Assembly: GCA_001600815.1 (NCBI GenBank)
Contig: BCKZ01000010.1
Coordinates: 1-64,000, forward strand
Reading direction: 5' to 3'
Source of the DNA: Alloascoidea hylecoeti
Lineage: Eukaryota
DNA: 64,000 nt
In this document: in pieces, positions 1 to 12,687 of the stretch
How the letters are laid out: each line of letters starts with the position of its first letter
Numbering within the stretch: position 1 is the first letter of the stretch
Program-made: the position numbers and the translations under genes
The notes under the pieces: model-generated
Databases searched by the model: none
Told to the model about the DNA's origin: nothing
Seen by the model: only the letters and a program-made list of their open reading frames with translations

Positions 1-1121
1 GATTTCTTTACCTACAATAATCATTCAATTTCCTCATTCCATCAAAACAATTTTTTATCTAAATATATAATCTAAAGTTCTTCCACCTTTACTAGACCTC
101 GTTTTGAAAATAATTGGCCTTACCACTGCGAATTAATTACTCTTCTCTTATGTAATCAATTAAAATTATTTCAGATAATTAATTAGTGATCCTCCAGATA
201 ATTATTTAGTCCTATGTGTTGGCTTATGGGCTCATCAGTGGCGATATTCTTGAATTGTTTCGGAGGCATAGNTGGTAATAAATTTATATTATAAAGAACG
301 TGTNTTTTTCTAAAACTAAATAATGTGGCAACTCGCTAATATATAAGGGAAATGAAGATCTTCATAAATATCACCCCATATATATGAAACTATGTAATAA
401 AAAAAACTATTTTCATTTAATTATATAACTATATATCCAATACTATGTGTGGTTAATTGGTTACAGGATACCATTATTGTTAAAGTTCAAAGTGCCTGCT
501 CTCCCAATTGCGCCAAAAAGCCAATCGACTCTTTAGTGAGCTGTTCTAAGAGTGTGATATATATCCAACAATGATATTTGTAAATTTAATGACGCTATAA
601 TTTTTAATAAATTATTTAGCAATCGGTAATTAGCTAGTTATGTCTGCGAGAATAAATTAATGATGGTGGCGAAACTTAATGAGCCATGACTTTGTTTTAA
701 GTTACATGAGAACCTAACAATCCAACTTTCGTCCTTTATTCCGTTGACTGAATATATCTTAGGGAAAGATATCAGCTGAATCAGATATTTCCTCTAATTC
801 ATCTTATCTGAATGATATAACCCCCTACTTTATAAATACATGAACCTAATTACTAACGTCATGATATAATAAATTGACTTATTTTAGAACTTCAATAAAT
901 TTACTAACGTGTTCCAGAATAGACTAATTCTTTTTTTCTTTAAAAAATATTAAATAAGAAGAAGAGTTCTTAAACCAACATTTGCAAACGAATCGGATTA
1001 TTCAGTTGCATCTCATCCATTCATCTTTCAACATGTGTCGAGGAGATACTAGTTTAGATTTCGTTAACAATTTTTGGAGTTTTGGTACAAGTAAGCACGA
1101 AACACCTCTTCTCATTGAATC

Positions 1122-1956
1122 NNNNNNNNNNNNNNNNNNNNNNNNNNNNNNNNNNNNNNNNNNNNNNNNNNNNNNNNNNNNNNNNNNNNNNNNNNNNNNN
1201 NNNNNNNNNNNNNNNNNNNNNNNNNNNNNNNNNNNNNNNNNNNNNNNNNNNNNNNNNNNNNNNNNNNNNNNNNNNNNNNNNNNNNNNNNNNNNNNNNNNN
1301 NNNNNNNNNNNNNNNNNNNNNNNNNNNNNNNNNNNNNNNNNNNNNNNNNNNNNNNNNNNNNNNNNNNNNNNNNNNNNNNNNNNNNNNNNNNNNNNNNNNN
1401 NNNNNNNNNNNNNNNNNNNNNNNNNNNNNNNNNNNNNNNNNNNNNNNNNNNNNNNNNNNNNNNNNNNNNNNNNNNNNNNNNNNNNNNNNNNNNNNNNNNN
1501 NNNNNNNNNNNNNNNNNNNNNNNNNNNNNNNNNNNNNNNNNNNNNNNNNNNNNNNNNNNNNNNNNNNNNNNNNNNNNNNNNNNNNNNNNNNNNNNNNNNN
1601 NNNNNNNNNNNNNNNNNNNNNNNNNNNNNNNNNNNNNNNNNNNNNNNNNNNNNNNNNNNNNNNNNNNNNNNNNNNNNNNNNNNNNNNNNNNNNNNNNNNN
1701 NNNNNNNNNNNNNNNNNNNNNNNNNNNNNNNNNNNNNNNNNNNNNNNNNNNNNNNNNNNNNNNNNNNNNNNNNNNNNNNNNNNNNNNNNNNNNNNNNNNN
1801 NNNNNNNNNNNNNNNNNNNNNNNNNNNNNNNNNNNNNNNNNNNNNNNNNNNNNNNNNNNNNNNNNNNNNNNNNNNNNNNNNNNNNNNNNNNNNNNNNNNN
1901 NNNNNNNNNNNNNNNNNNNNNNNNNNNNNNNNNNNNNNNNNNNNNNNNNNNNNNNN
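1122..1956. other. Assembly gap (run of N)
   Basis: Continuous N run; the five ORFs that span it are artefacts. Confidence 0.99.
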
Positions 1957-2534
1957 ACATCGAAAAAACAGAGCAAAAGCAATCCCCACATATTTTTGCA
2001 AACTTCAAAAGTTAAGAAATGTAGCGAAATAAAAGATTCAAGTACCACCCATATAATCATCCAAAATTATTTTACAGTGTATANATAATATTGATATACT
2101 TTAACAATAATTTATTTTAAAATAATATTTCAAATATATTGACTCATTCACACACAATTGGTGTCTTTAATATATATTAACAAATTACGTAACTTTCAGA
2201 CACTATTGAGGAGTAAGACCTTAATAGTTAAACCAATATTTGTATACGAATTCTAAAAATACTCATCTATCCACAATTCTAAATAATAAACTAATTTTAA
2301 AATATATGATTATAATTCTNAGGATGCCAGATTTATTCTCGTTATTTTATATATAAATATTTTTAATGGTGAGGTGGAATAATTTCAATTTCAAGTTATG
2401 GATAGGACTGCATAGTCCGTTGTGATTAAGAGAATTGATGCATATATTAACTATGAATATGCTTCACGGCAGCGGAATACATAGTATGTAAATACGGCAT
2501 GAGGTTCAGTTTCGCATGTTAAAGTCTTTCAGAT

Positions 2535-3338
2535 GTGCTGACAATTAATACCAAAGAAGCAAAACTAGAAGCTAAACAATACCGACTACAGATCCATCAT
2601 CTTCTAGAGAACCATTTGGACGGAAAATCAACAAGTTTTATACGAAGAGATTTATGTTTAAATAAAGATGTTTTGATACCGTTTAAATTGGAGAAATTAA
2701 TTGTGCAATATTCACGCAACAGAGAGTATCATTCTCAAGTTCTTAGGGTTTCTAAAGAAACCTTAGAAGATATGAGTTATGGTAATGGTGTGTCGTCCCT
2801 TCCATTGGAAAAAAATACCAAATACATACTAAAAATTTATGATCCCTACTGCGCGAATCAAGGAACTGATGGTATTGAAAATATGCCTAAGAAATGTATG
2901 GAACATTTTGCTACAGAATATGACACCTATTGCTTGATACAGAAATGTGAAAATCCGATTAACTTTGTTCCAGACTTAATCTGTTTTGGATCTATTATAA
3001 TTAAATCTGATTCTGACAAGCATCATAAAGATGGAGGCATTTATATCTTAATGAAGAATATAACGGGAAAGACACCAGATTTCACAAAGCGAGATAATTG
3101 CCAAAAAGTAGTATCAAATTTAAGAATATTACTTTCTCAAAATATTGTCCATGGAGATATCCGAAAAGAAAATTTAATTGAAAGTTCAGATGGAACTATT
3201 TACTTTATCGATTTTGGATTCTCCAGCAATAAACCACAAGCTATAGGAAAATCAAATGAAGAAATAGAAAAACAACTGAAAATTGGAAAAGCAAGAGATT
3301 TTGAAAAATTAAATAATTTATTTTGTGATGATTATTAA
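2535..3338 (+). CDS. Atypical protein-kinase-like ORF (RIO/Bud32/'fungal-type' kinase-like fold), possibly N-terminally truncated
   Basis: 267-aa ORF with a YILKIYD (VAIK-like) motif, catalytic loop HGDIRKENL and YFIDFG. No clear Gly-rich loop and a very short C-lobe. Embedded in transposon debris. Confidence 0.7.
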   Translation: MLTINTKEAKLEAKQYRLQIHHLLENHLDGKSTSFIRRDLCLNKDVLIPFKLEKLIVQYSRNREYHSQVLRVSKETLEDMSYGNGVSSLPLEKNTKYILKIYDPYCANQGTDGIENMPKKCMEHFATEYDTYCLIQKCENPINFVPDLICFGSIIIKSDSDKHHKDGGIYILMKNITGKTPDFTKRDNCQKVVSNLRILLSQNIVHGDIRKENLIESSDGTIYFIDFGFSSNKPQAIGKSNEEIEKQLKIGKARDFEKLNNLFCDDY

Positions 3339-3699
3339 ATAATTTATTATTATTGTTGTTATTATATTTTTGTATACCTGTGATAATTTTGCTATTTAAT
3401 GAATTTGTGTAGTTTTTGGTTATTGAAATGTATATATATATAAAATAAATAAATATTGTAACGGTGTTGATTGCATTAATTAATGATAGTATAAGATTCA
3501 CCACCTCTATATCTATATTCAAACTTATTATCATCACAAGTTTTAAAATGATCATGATCAGTGATTTTTTCTTCAACTTCTGCATAAGGGTTTCCAATGT
3601 CATTGAGGATATTTTAAAAGTATTACAGTTTGTTGAGTTGTTTTTAATGAAGTCCAAACAGTTAATTCTGGGTAATAATAAACTGTTGAAGATATCGGG

Positions 3700-6450
3700 T
3701 ATGATATTTTAAGAGAATTGGAATCTGGGAAAGTAAGCTTTCTAGTAGAATTTCAGAATCTGTTGCTTCTTAGGTCATTGGAAGGGAAATATGAAATCAT
3801 TGTTGATGAGTTATTGGCAGGTGAAAATGAAGAGAAGATAACAAGAGCAATTATGGAAATGCTTTAGAAGATGTACAAAAACAAAAATGGCGAATGAACT
3901 ATATGTGAATAGTATTCAGTCCAAGAACAAAACTGAAGCTGATGAAAATAATCATAACAAAACAAATATAGGAAAATGCTATAATTGTAGATAAAGAAAT
4001 CATTATCCATCCGAGTGTAGATTCCCAGAACAGTGCCTAAATTGCAAATCTCCTGACCACTACTTGCGCGAGTGTAATGAAAAAAGAAAGTAACAAGATC
4101 AAAATAAAAATTATGACCAGAAATATAAATATGAGAGTGATGTTGATGCTGATGCAGAAAGTATATGGAATATTAATATTGTGAACTATAATGGTGAGGT
4201 AGTATTAGATACATAATATATATCAACGAAAAATATAAACATTATATCACGATTTGAAATATACTACTCATGGGAGAGTTGATAATTTGCCAAAACTAGT
4301 TAGTGCAACTGGTCGCAATCTTGAAATAGTTGCGACTGGTAATTTGAAATATTGTGTCTATGAATTGTCCAAATCTTGTATCTATAAGATATTAGAAAAA
4401 ATATGGATACTGTATTCAAGAAAAAAAATAAAGAGACAGATATATTAATCAATAGTATAAGTGTCAATGTTGCTCATATTTAACTGTTAATATGATTTTA
4501 AATTTAAAAAGAGTAATTAGAAACGAAGTTTTGAATATTAATTCAATTCACGAAACATATAGCTAGTTTAACAAATATATTATTATTGAAATCAAATAGT
4601 TTAACTGAAGGAAATTTTTAAGAAAGGAACATAATTGTGAATCATGTTTGATAGGTAAGTTCAACCAGAAAAAAGGCTGTTTCAAAAGAAATAAATAAAC
4701 AGATGAAGAGTGAGAGAAAAGGAAAGTAAATAAATTATTAAATAATTAAACTGTAGATGAATTGATAAATAAAGGAGACATGAGTGAGAGAAAAATGAAG
4801 ATGAAATTCAAAAATTATAAATATATCTTGATATTTTAGGTCTATTGAAAACTTCAAATATCAATAAAAGGTTTATATTAGTTGGAAAAGAGAGAAAAAC
4901 AGGTCTGTTAATAAATTTCTGTTTGAATGAAAAAGTGCCGAAAATTTCAATGATGTTTTAAAACGTTGACATATTTGAAAGCTCAAACTGGAAAATTAAT
5001 AACAACTGTTGCTAGTGATCAAGTTAAGGAATTTGTCAACTCTCAATTTAAGGAAACTATGAGTCAATATGGAATAACTCAGATCCTAAATTCACCAGGT
5101 CACAGCTCATCCCAAGCTTCAGTAGAAAGGAGTACTGGTCATTGATGGTAAAGTATATAGTTTCTGTATAATATAGTGAAATTTTGATAAGATTGGCTCA
5201 TATAGAATTCCCAACAGCCAAAAAAAAGGATTCTAATGGAGATTTTGGAACTTATATTGGAATATCAATTAATTCAGAGGAAGTCAATATTGATATTGAT
5301 AATATTGAAGTGAATCCAGAGATAGAAGTTGTTGATGAAAACATAACTGATAATATCGAAAATATTGTTACCGAAAATGAAGGAGACGTTATTGGTACAG
5401 ATAGAAAATATAATTGATAGGCTGAAATTAGAATCACTGCATGTGTAATTAATTGCCCTAAGGAGAGGATATAAGCTTACATGAACAACGAAACTCCTAA
5501 ATATTGAAGTGGCAATTGGGTGTATATAATTAAAACTGTTTGCTCCCCAGAAAAATTGAAATTCATGTCACATGAATGTGTATTTCTTTAATTAGATTCG
5601 CGCAACAAAAAAATCATTTGACACGAATTTTAATTTTTCTGAGGAGCTTATGGTTTTAATTATAAGCACCCAATTGCCGCCAAAATAAATACGAAGTTTG
5701 TTGTTTAGCAATTTTACTTATTTGTGGCTATTTCATGTACTAAAATAGTGGTGTACATGGCACACATATTCCATCATATTGAAGATAAAAATATTGGACA
5801 GTTAATAAGTTAGTTTTCGACCAAAAATTGACTGATATTCGGCTTCCCATATAAACTTAATTGCGAAAAAATAGTCCCAAAAAAGTTTGAATGTTAAGAG
5901 GTAGTTAGATCTCCAAACTAAAAACTGACATTTTGGGGCATGAACTACTTAATTATACACTTCATTTGGTAATTATCTTAAATGTATAAATATTAGAAAT
6001 TTTCAAAATAAAAACTGCTACATGTAGTTTTAAAATGATGAAAGTCCAATCAAATTCTAAGTTTGTAGCTAAGTGCAATCATTTTTATATGAAAATATTC
6101 TTGAAAAGGTGGGATATGTTTTAGTTTGTAGCAAAATTAATGGGTAGTTTTAAAAATGGTTATTGAATAAATTACATCCAAGAAGACAAATATTCGGAAG
6201 TTTTCATAATGAAAACTATTAATCAATCATGGGGAGGATCCTAATTGATACAAAGGATTCTATTTTATACTTAAGTTGTAGCATACTTAGATCCAGGGAA
6301 TGTTAATGATTTATCTAATCAAACGTACAAGAGAAATACAGTCAAAATGGTTTAACAACGACGGTAGATATAGCTACTTGTACCAAAAAAAGAGTGTAAC
6401 TAATTAGGAAGGCTTGATTCTCTAAAGAAAACTAAATAAACACTGAAATA
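3700..6450 (+). mobile_element. Degenerate Ty1/copia LTR-retrotransposon remnant
   Basis: Two CCHC knuckles (CYNCR*RNHYPSEC, CLNCKSPDHYLREC) at ~3977-4076, protease-like VVLDT at ~4198, integrase CESCLIGK at ~4636, integrase core SDQVKEFVNSQF...GITQILNSPGHSSSQASVER at ~5010-5130, and weak RT-like KFVAK at ~6060. Many stops and frameshifts; boundaries approximate. Confidence 0.8.
5470..5721. mobile_element. MITE-like fold-back element with ~100-bp imperfect inverted arms
   Basis: 5470-5575 (...gtggcaattgggtgtatataattaaaac...gctccccagaaaaattgaaattcatgtca) is the reverse complement of 5614-5721 (tgacacgaattttaatttttctgaggagc...gttttaattataagcacccaattgccgc), with a ~38-bp spacer. Confidence 0.7.
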
Positions 6451-7367
6451 GCCCCAATAATCAATATATGCGGAGAAAATGAAAGAAAAGTTAAGAGCCA
6501 CCTTCTATTTTAAAAAAACGTTATTATATATCGACAAATATTAATATTCTGACCGTTTTAACAAGAGGGAAACGAGTATTATTCCTCTCGCTCGAAATAG
6601 CAACATAGAAGCGTCAAGATGTAAGACAAAGAAGGTTAATAACTGTGAAGTACAGTCTGAGAGGAAATTGAGTCCTCACAAAACTAAAGCTGCATTTTTA
6701 CTCTCCCAATGGTAGGAAACTTTATAGACTATTGTCGTAGCTATCCTAAAGTCCAACAATTCGTTCAAAAACTTTCACAGAACTTTCGTAGGGTTTCACC
6801 CGGGTTTGAATACCCACACCCAAAAAAGACTCATGACTATTCATCAAATCCGGATATTTGTGAAATTTATGAGAAATAAAAGAACTGAGTTTTAGTTAAA
6901 TGAAAACCAAGATGATGTTGGATCCTACAGTATGTGAACACCAATAAGTATATGTTATTTTAAAAAGTGGAATTCTTTACAGCTCAGGAATAACCGTTTC
7001 TTAAAATTGGATACGAGGAAGATTGAGATGATAGGATATACAAAAGTTGTTAAGGGGAGAAAAGGCATTTGTAGGCATATAGTAATATTATTATTATTAA
7101 TATTTATGAGAACGCCTTTACAGTGATAATATGATAGCATTAAATCACCACCTTTGAATATTATATATTTGTGATGGTTCTTAAATGCTCTGAGTTAAAA
7201 TTCCACGACCAACCAATTAATATTAATTCAACTTAGATAAATATGAGTATAAAAAATATGCAAACGTCATCTGCTTATCTAAACATATAACTTTTAATAT
7301 AGAATGATCATTATTATATCAATGAATTATGTTTTTTTTTTTTTAAAATTTGTTTAAATTAAATTTA

Positions 7368-7553
<186 letters not shown>

Positions 7554-7802
7554 CTAAAGCCATACGGAAAAAGAAAAGTTAGTTAACAATATATAACTAG
7601 AGTATTCGTATATAATTAACATACCATTTTCGCTTACTGTCAGTTAGAACTGTTGATGATGACGGATGGATGAGCAGAAAAATTGTTCTGTTGAAAAGGG
7701 CAGTTCGTAGGGTTTAGCCCTGTGTTCAAGTTCACCATAGGATACATATAACATTAATTGAATTTTATTCATACAGAATAAACACCATACGTTAAGACTA
7801 AA

Positions 7803-8654
7803 ATGATAGAGGAGGATAATGATATAGATATTAATGTTGACCTCTTCGAAGAACCAAGCGAGTTTTATAAATCTCCTCCTAAGCCAACTTTTATAACTTA
7901 TGAACGACAATCTCAAACACAAACGCAAACACAAACACAAACAGAATCACAGATCCAATTACAACCATCAAGTATAGAGATTCGATTAGTGGGAAACTCA
8001 CCATTATATGGCCATATACTTTCAAATGCCGGTAGATCTACAGCAAAGTATTTAGATACAGAAATAATTGCAAATGAATTATATAAAGATAAAAATGTTC
8101 TTGAAGTTGGAGCTGCAGGTGCATTACCAAGTTTAATAACTATATTAAATGGTGCAAAAAAAATTGTTATTACAGATTATCCTGATCCTGATTTAATTGA
8201 AAACATAAAATATAATGTTAATAATTTAAAAACTATTGGAATTAATAATGATATATTAAAAAAAGTTTCAATTAATGGTTATATATGGGGAAATGAAACA
8301 AATAAACTATCAAATTTTATAAATAATGAAAAATTTGATCTAATTATTTTATCAGATGTTATATTTAATCATACAGAACATTATAAATTATTAAATACAT
8401 GTAAATCATTAATATTAAATGATAATGATAAAGATAAAAGAAAAGGTAAAGTTTATGTTACTTTTAGTCCACATAGACCAAAATTATTTAAAAATGATTT
8501 ATTATTTTTTGAAATTGCTGAAAAAGAATTTAATTTTAAATCAATTAAAATTTATGAAGAAAAATGGTCACCATTATTCAAAGATGATAAAGATGAATCA
8601 ACAAAGGAATTAAGAAGTATGGTTTATGGTTATTATTTAATTCCAAATTGGTAG
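7803..8654 (+). CDS. EFM7: Protein N-terminal/lysine methyltransferase Efm7 (Nnt1)
   Basis: IRLVGNSPLYGHILSNAG, SAM motif VLEVGAAGALPSL, ITDYPDPDL, LSDVIFNH and FSPHRP motifs. Confidence 0.9.
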   Translation: MIEEDNDIDINVDLFEEPSEFYKSPPKPTFITYERQSQTQTQTQTQTESQIQLQPSSIEIRLVGNSPLYGHILSNAGRSTAKYLDTEIIANELYKDKNVLEVGAAGALPSLITILNGAKKIVITDYPDPDLIENIKYNVNNLKTIGINNDILKKVSINGYIWGNETNKLSNFINNEKFDLIILSDVIFNHTEHYKLLNTCKSLILNDNDKDKRKGKVYVTFSPHRPKLFKNDLLFFEIAEKEFNFKSIKIYEEKWSPLFKDDKDESTKELRSMVYGYYLIPNW

Positions 8655-8834
8655 CATAGCAAAAAAAAAAGCTATTATTTTTAATGAAGATTATCATCAT
8701 ATTTAAACATTTATTATTACTTATTTATATTATTTATGTGTGTGTATAAATTTAAAAGTCATTAAAATCAAAACATTATATAAAATAAAATAATCAACCA
8801 CCTGTATCTTTTTTTTCCTAAATAAAAAACATAT

Positions 8835-11498
8835 TTAAATATAATTACATCCAATATTTATTATCTTATTATCAATCGTTGAAGCATAACATGCTGTACC
8901 TAAAGGACATTGGAATTTAACCCATTTTTCAAAATTACACATTGCAAATTCTCCACTTCCTGAACATGCTAATGATCCTTCTTCAACACATGAATTTGGA
9001 TCATCACCACCTAGATAGAAACCTGATATGAAATTGTTATTGAGACAGGTTACTTTTTCTTCACCTTTTTTATCTGAACAATCATGGTAGTAACTTATGT
9101 CTATTTCTAGGGTTGAAGTTGGTGAAGGTAAATTAATAATAGGAGAAGGTGAATTATTAATAGATGGAGGAATGGTCGATGTGGTAGTAGGGATGTTGCT
9201 ACTAGTGGGAGCGACAGGCATTGTAAGGGTTATGGTAACAACTGATGTTGCAGAAGCAAATGAAGTAGTAGTAGTAAAAGTAGTTGCAGAATAACTTATT
9301 AGGATATCAGATGTATTAATATCTTTTTTTATTGACGTGGATTCTGTACCAGTGGCTAGGGAAAATGAAGGAGCAGAAGTAGTAGTAGCTTTTTCAGTAT
9401 TAACATCAATTTCAGTAAATGTAGTAGTGATAGTACTAATAGAATTAGTTATTTTTTTGGTAAATATGGTGGTAATATGAGGAGCAGCTGTAGTGGTCGC
9501 AGTAGAATCATCAGTTATAATAGGTGGTATAGACTGCTCACCCTCCTTAAAGTCACTTGTAGGTTCAATATTTGAACCAGTAGATGCATATTCACTTGTA
9601 GTAGAGATATAAATACCTTTTGTCATCGGAGTTTTGGTTAGAATCGATGTATCATAGTCCTCCTTAAAGTCACTTGTAGGTTCAATATTTGAACCAGTAG
9701 ATGTATATTCACTTGTAGTAGAGATATATATACCTTTTGTCATCGGAGTTTTGGTTAGAATCGATGTATCATAGTTCGAAAATGTATAACTGGAACTAAC
9801 GGGTTTAACATCAGAACTAAGGGGTTGGATATGAGTAGTTTCAGTAGATGTAAAACTAACGGGTTTGACATCAGAACTAAGGGGTTCGATATGAGTAGTT
9901 TCAGTAGATGTAAAACTAATGGAAGAAATCGTTGAAGTAATAGAAGGAAAAAAATAAGTAGAGTTGCTGAATTGTGAAGTTGATTCGATTTTTCCCATTG
10001 TTGTTGGAATAAAAGTACTGAAACTAGATGTAGAAACTGATGGAGATGGAATTTGAGTACTACTCTCAGATATTGAAGAACTCACACTTGTTAAAGATGA
10101 GGAACTATACCTTGTTATATCTGAAGTAGGCAGAGTTGTTGATGTGCTTGAAATTGAGTCTGTAACATTAGTTGTGGGAATAAGAGTACTAGAACTTGAT
10201 ACAACAATAGTACTAGAGCTTGATACAGTGATAGTACTAGAGCTTGATACAGTAATAGTACTAGAACGTGATAAAGTAATAGTTGTTGTTACAGTACTAG
10301 TCAAGGTTGTTGTTCTCTCAGTACTGTAACTTGTAAATGTATTTGTGGCTGTTGATAAATAATTAGTGCTTGATACACTTGGAATCCTGGCATTTGATGA
10401 TGATAAAGGAATATAAGATGAAGGTGCATAAGATGAATATGGTGAATAAGAAGATGGTGAATGAGAAGAAGAAGCCGAGTAAGATGAAGCCGAATAAGAT
10501 GAAGCCGAATAAGATGAAGAAGGAGAAGGATTACCTTTTGTGGAAAGTAAAATATCTTTTATTTGATCAGCAAATGGTTCCCCACCTTCATTATTTGTAA
10601 AAGCTTGACTTGCATCCCATAACATTATACCACCAAAATAAGGATCAGATGAAATTTTTTCAACTGTTTCTTTAATAGTTGAAGGAGGAATATAACCAGA
10701 ACTAGCAGCAGATAGAGAACCAGGTAAACCAAGATAAATTCTAATATTTTTATTTGGAGAAGTTTTTGCATAATCTGACCATGTATCCCAGTTAAAACCA
10801 CTTCCAATTGAACAATAATTATTATAAAATTGTACAAACACCCAATCAATATCAGATTGATCTAAAACTTCACTTAAATTTGCATCAGGATAAACACATT
10901 GTGGAGCAGCACCAATAAAATATTGTTTTGTTGATGATTTAAAATATTCTCTTAATTTTGAAACTAAAGCAACATAACCAGTTTGTTGATTATTTTCAAT
11001 ATCTAAATCAAAACCATCAATTATAGCATCATCAAATGGACGTAATGAATCACCTTTTCCTTCACCAAAAAGATTCCAAAGAGTTCCAGCGAAAGCAATT
11101 GCTTCATCATTACTTGAAAAGCCATAAGAACCTGAAGCACCTCCTAATGATAAAAGGATTTTCTTACCACGTGATTGGCATGTTTTAATATCATCAGCAA
11201 TTGTTGGACAATGTAATAAAGAATTATCAGGAAATGGAGTTTCACAAGCATTTGCAAAATTTAAACCTGGATTACCATCTTGACCATTTGGAAATATATT
11301 CATAAAAGATAAAATAATAATATCAACTGAATCAGTACAATAATAAGCTAAATTTTGTTGATTTTGGGCTGAATTTTGACCCCAATAAATAACATTATTT
11401 GTTTTTCCAAGAGCATCAAAAGCATTAATTGATGTCAGAGAGGTGAGTATTAATAAAAGAAATAATGTAATATTTGATGAAAATTGAATTGATAACAT
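8835..11498 (-). CDS. CTS1: Secreted GH18 class III endochitinase with Ser/Thr-rich linker and C-terminal Cys-rich chitin-binding (CBM19-like) domain
   Basis: Signal peptide, IYWGQNS, LLSLGGA, catalytic DGFDLDIE, VQFYNNYC and GGIMLWDAS; six-Cys C-terminal module. Confidence 0.93.
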   Translation of the reverse strand: MLSIQFSSNITLFLLLILTSLTSINAFDALGKTNNVIYWGQNSAQNQQNLAYYCTDSVDIIILSFMNIFPNGQDGNPGLNFANACETPFPDNSLLHCPTIADDIKTCQSRGKKILLSLGGASGSYGFSSNDEAIAFAGTLWNLFGEGKGDSLRPFDDAIIDGFDLDIENNQQTGYVALVSKLREYFKSSTKQYFIGAAPQCVYPDANLSEVLDQSDIDWVFVQFYNNYCSIGSGFNWDTWSDYAKTSPNKNIRIYLGLPGSLSAASSGYIPPSTIKETVEKISSDPYFGGIMLWDASQAFTNNEGGEPFADQIKDILLSTKGNPSPSSSYSASSYSASSYSASSSHSPSSYSPYSSYAPSSYIPLSSSNARIPSVSSTNYLSTATNTFTSYSTERTTTLTSTVTTTITLSRSSTITVSSSSTITVSSSSTIVVSSSSTLIPTTNVTDSISSTSTTLPTSDITRYSSSSLTSVSSSISESSTQIPSPSVSTSSFSTFIPTTMGKIESTSQFSNSTYFFPSITSTISSISFTSTETTHIEPLSSDVKPVSFTSTETTHIQPLSSDVKPVSSSYTFSNYDTSILTKTPMTKGIYISTTSEYTSTGSNIEPTSDFKEDYDTSILTKTPMTKGIYISTTSEYASTGSNIEPTSDFKEGEQSIPPIITDDSTATTTAAPHITTIFTKKITNSISTITTTFTEIDVNTEKATTTSAPSFSLATGTESTSIKKDINTSDILISYSATTFTTTTSFASATSVVTITLTMPVAPTSSNIPTTTSTIPPSINNSPSPIINLPSPTSTLEIDISYYHDCSDKKGEEKVTCLNNNFISGFYLGGDDPNSCVEEGSLACSGSGEFAMCNFEKWVKFQCPLGTACYASTIDNKIINIGCNYI
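9542..10520 (-). repeat. Coding tandem repeats in the chitinase linker (117-bp x2, 60-bp x2, 24-bp x3, 15-bp x3)
   Basis: 9544 and 9661 both begin tccttaaagtcacttgtagg (117-bp period). 9795-9919 has a 60-bp period (SFTSTETTHIxPLSSDVKPV). ~10186-10275 encodes SSSTITVS repeats and ~10470-10520 encodes SSYSA repeats. Confidence 0.9.
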
Positions 11499-12687
11499 TT
11501 TTGTATGATAGATCTATAGTTAAAACGCTAATATATTAATGAGTGTATGTTATTTATAAACGTAAATGAACGAATTGGTATATTTGGTAAAAAATATTAA
11601 AGAAGGATCATTACTACTTTATACATTTTTTGATCATTTCATATGTTTACTGAGAAACGTAATGGAGCTTTGATCTGTCGTTAGCATTATGGTAAGATAG
11701 GTACGGCTGATTATAATTAAGGTTGCATACGACATTTGGGGAAGGCAAGTCATGCATGTGTCCCAATTAGGAAATATATATGTCGTTTGGTAGAGCAAAA
11801 TGACTTATTTGCAAAGCAAAAGGATCAAAAAGAATATTCTGAAGATATTATAGTTTGGAATATTGATAAAAAAGTGTAGTTATTTGCCTTTTACGTAAAT
11901 CTCAGCTGATATGACATAAACTATAATCTGATTTGATCCCACTAGAGTGTAGGTTAGGGACATAAGGGTTAACAACTTCACGGAAGAGGATGGGTATATC
12001 ATCATATTTAATCTAAAGAGGTAATTGATTATTCGATTTCAATGCAAGTGAAAATGTTTCGAATGCTTGGCATCTTTTGCGGTTGTATATCTGGTACGTA
12101 ATTATAAGTTTATACCTAGATCTATACTTATAATTGTTCCAGTTATCATTCTGCACTGGTCTTTATAATTAAGATTTATCTAAAATGAAACCTCAAGAGA
12201 TAATATTAGTTGCTAGGATCTATTGGAGAAGGAAAGATCAATGTTACACTAGTATGACGTTTTAAGCAATAACTAGAAGAAGGGGCAGGTTCACTGCCTG
12301 GTAATTTCTAGAGAATAATAAGTAGCATTATCATAGGATAATTGAGCAAATTCGATTAGGTCTAATTCAACTAACTAAATGTATATATATGAATCAATAG
12401 AATTAAAAATGACATAAAAATAATATAAAATTTTGATATGAAAGTTGAAGATGTAAGGATGTATTCACGTGATCTGAGTGTGACTTTTTTTACAAATTCC
12501 AAAGGAAACCCTTTTATGAGATGAAAACATCCAAAAAACTTTGAATTTTCACCTTGTTTTTATTCAAATTTTAATCATTTTTATAATTTTACTGTTCGTT
12601 TGAAGTTTTAGAAATTGTGCACTTTTTCACTCTTTTCATAAAAGTTATTTTCAAAAGAAAGGACATTTTTTATTTGTGAATGGAACA

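Noticed and set aside
1..980. Possible transposon or gene relic at the window start
   Set aside because: No ORF or motif that I can support.
982..2088. Five long ORFs in the track
   Set aside because: They are open only because they cross an N gap.
9544..9920. Direct repeats as a CRISPR-like array
   Set aside because: They are head-to-tail coding repeats without spacers, inside a eukaryotic gene.
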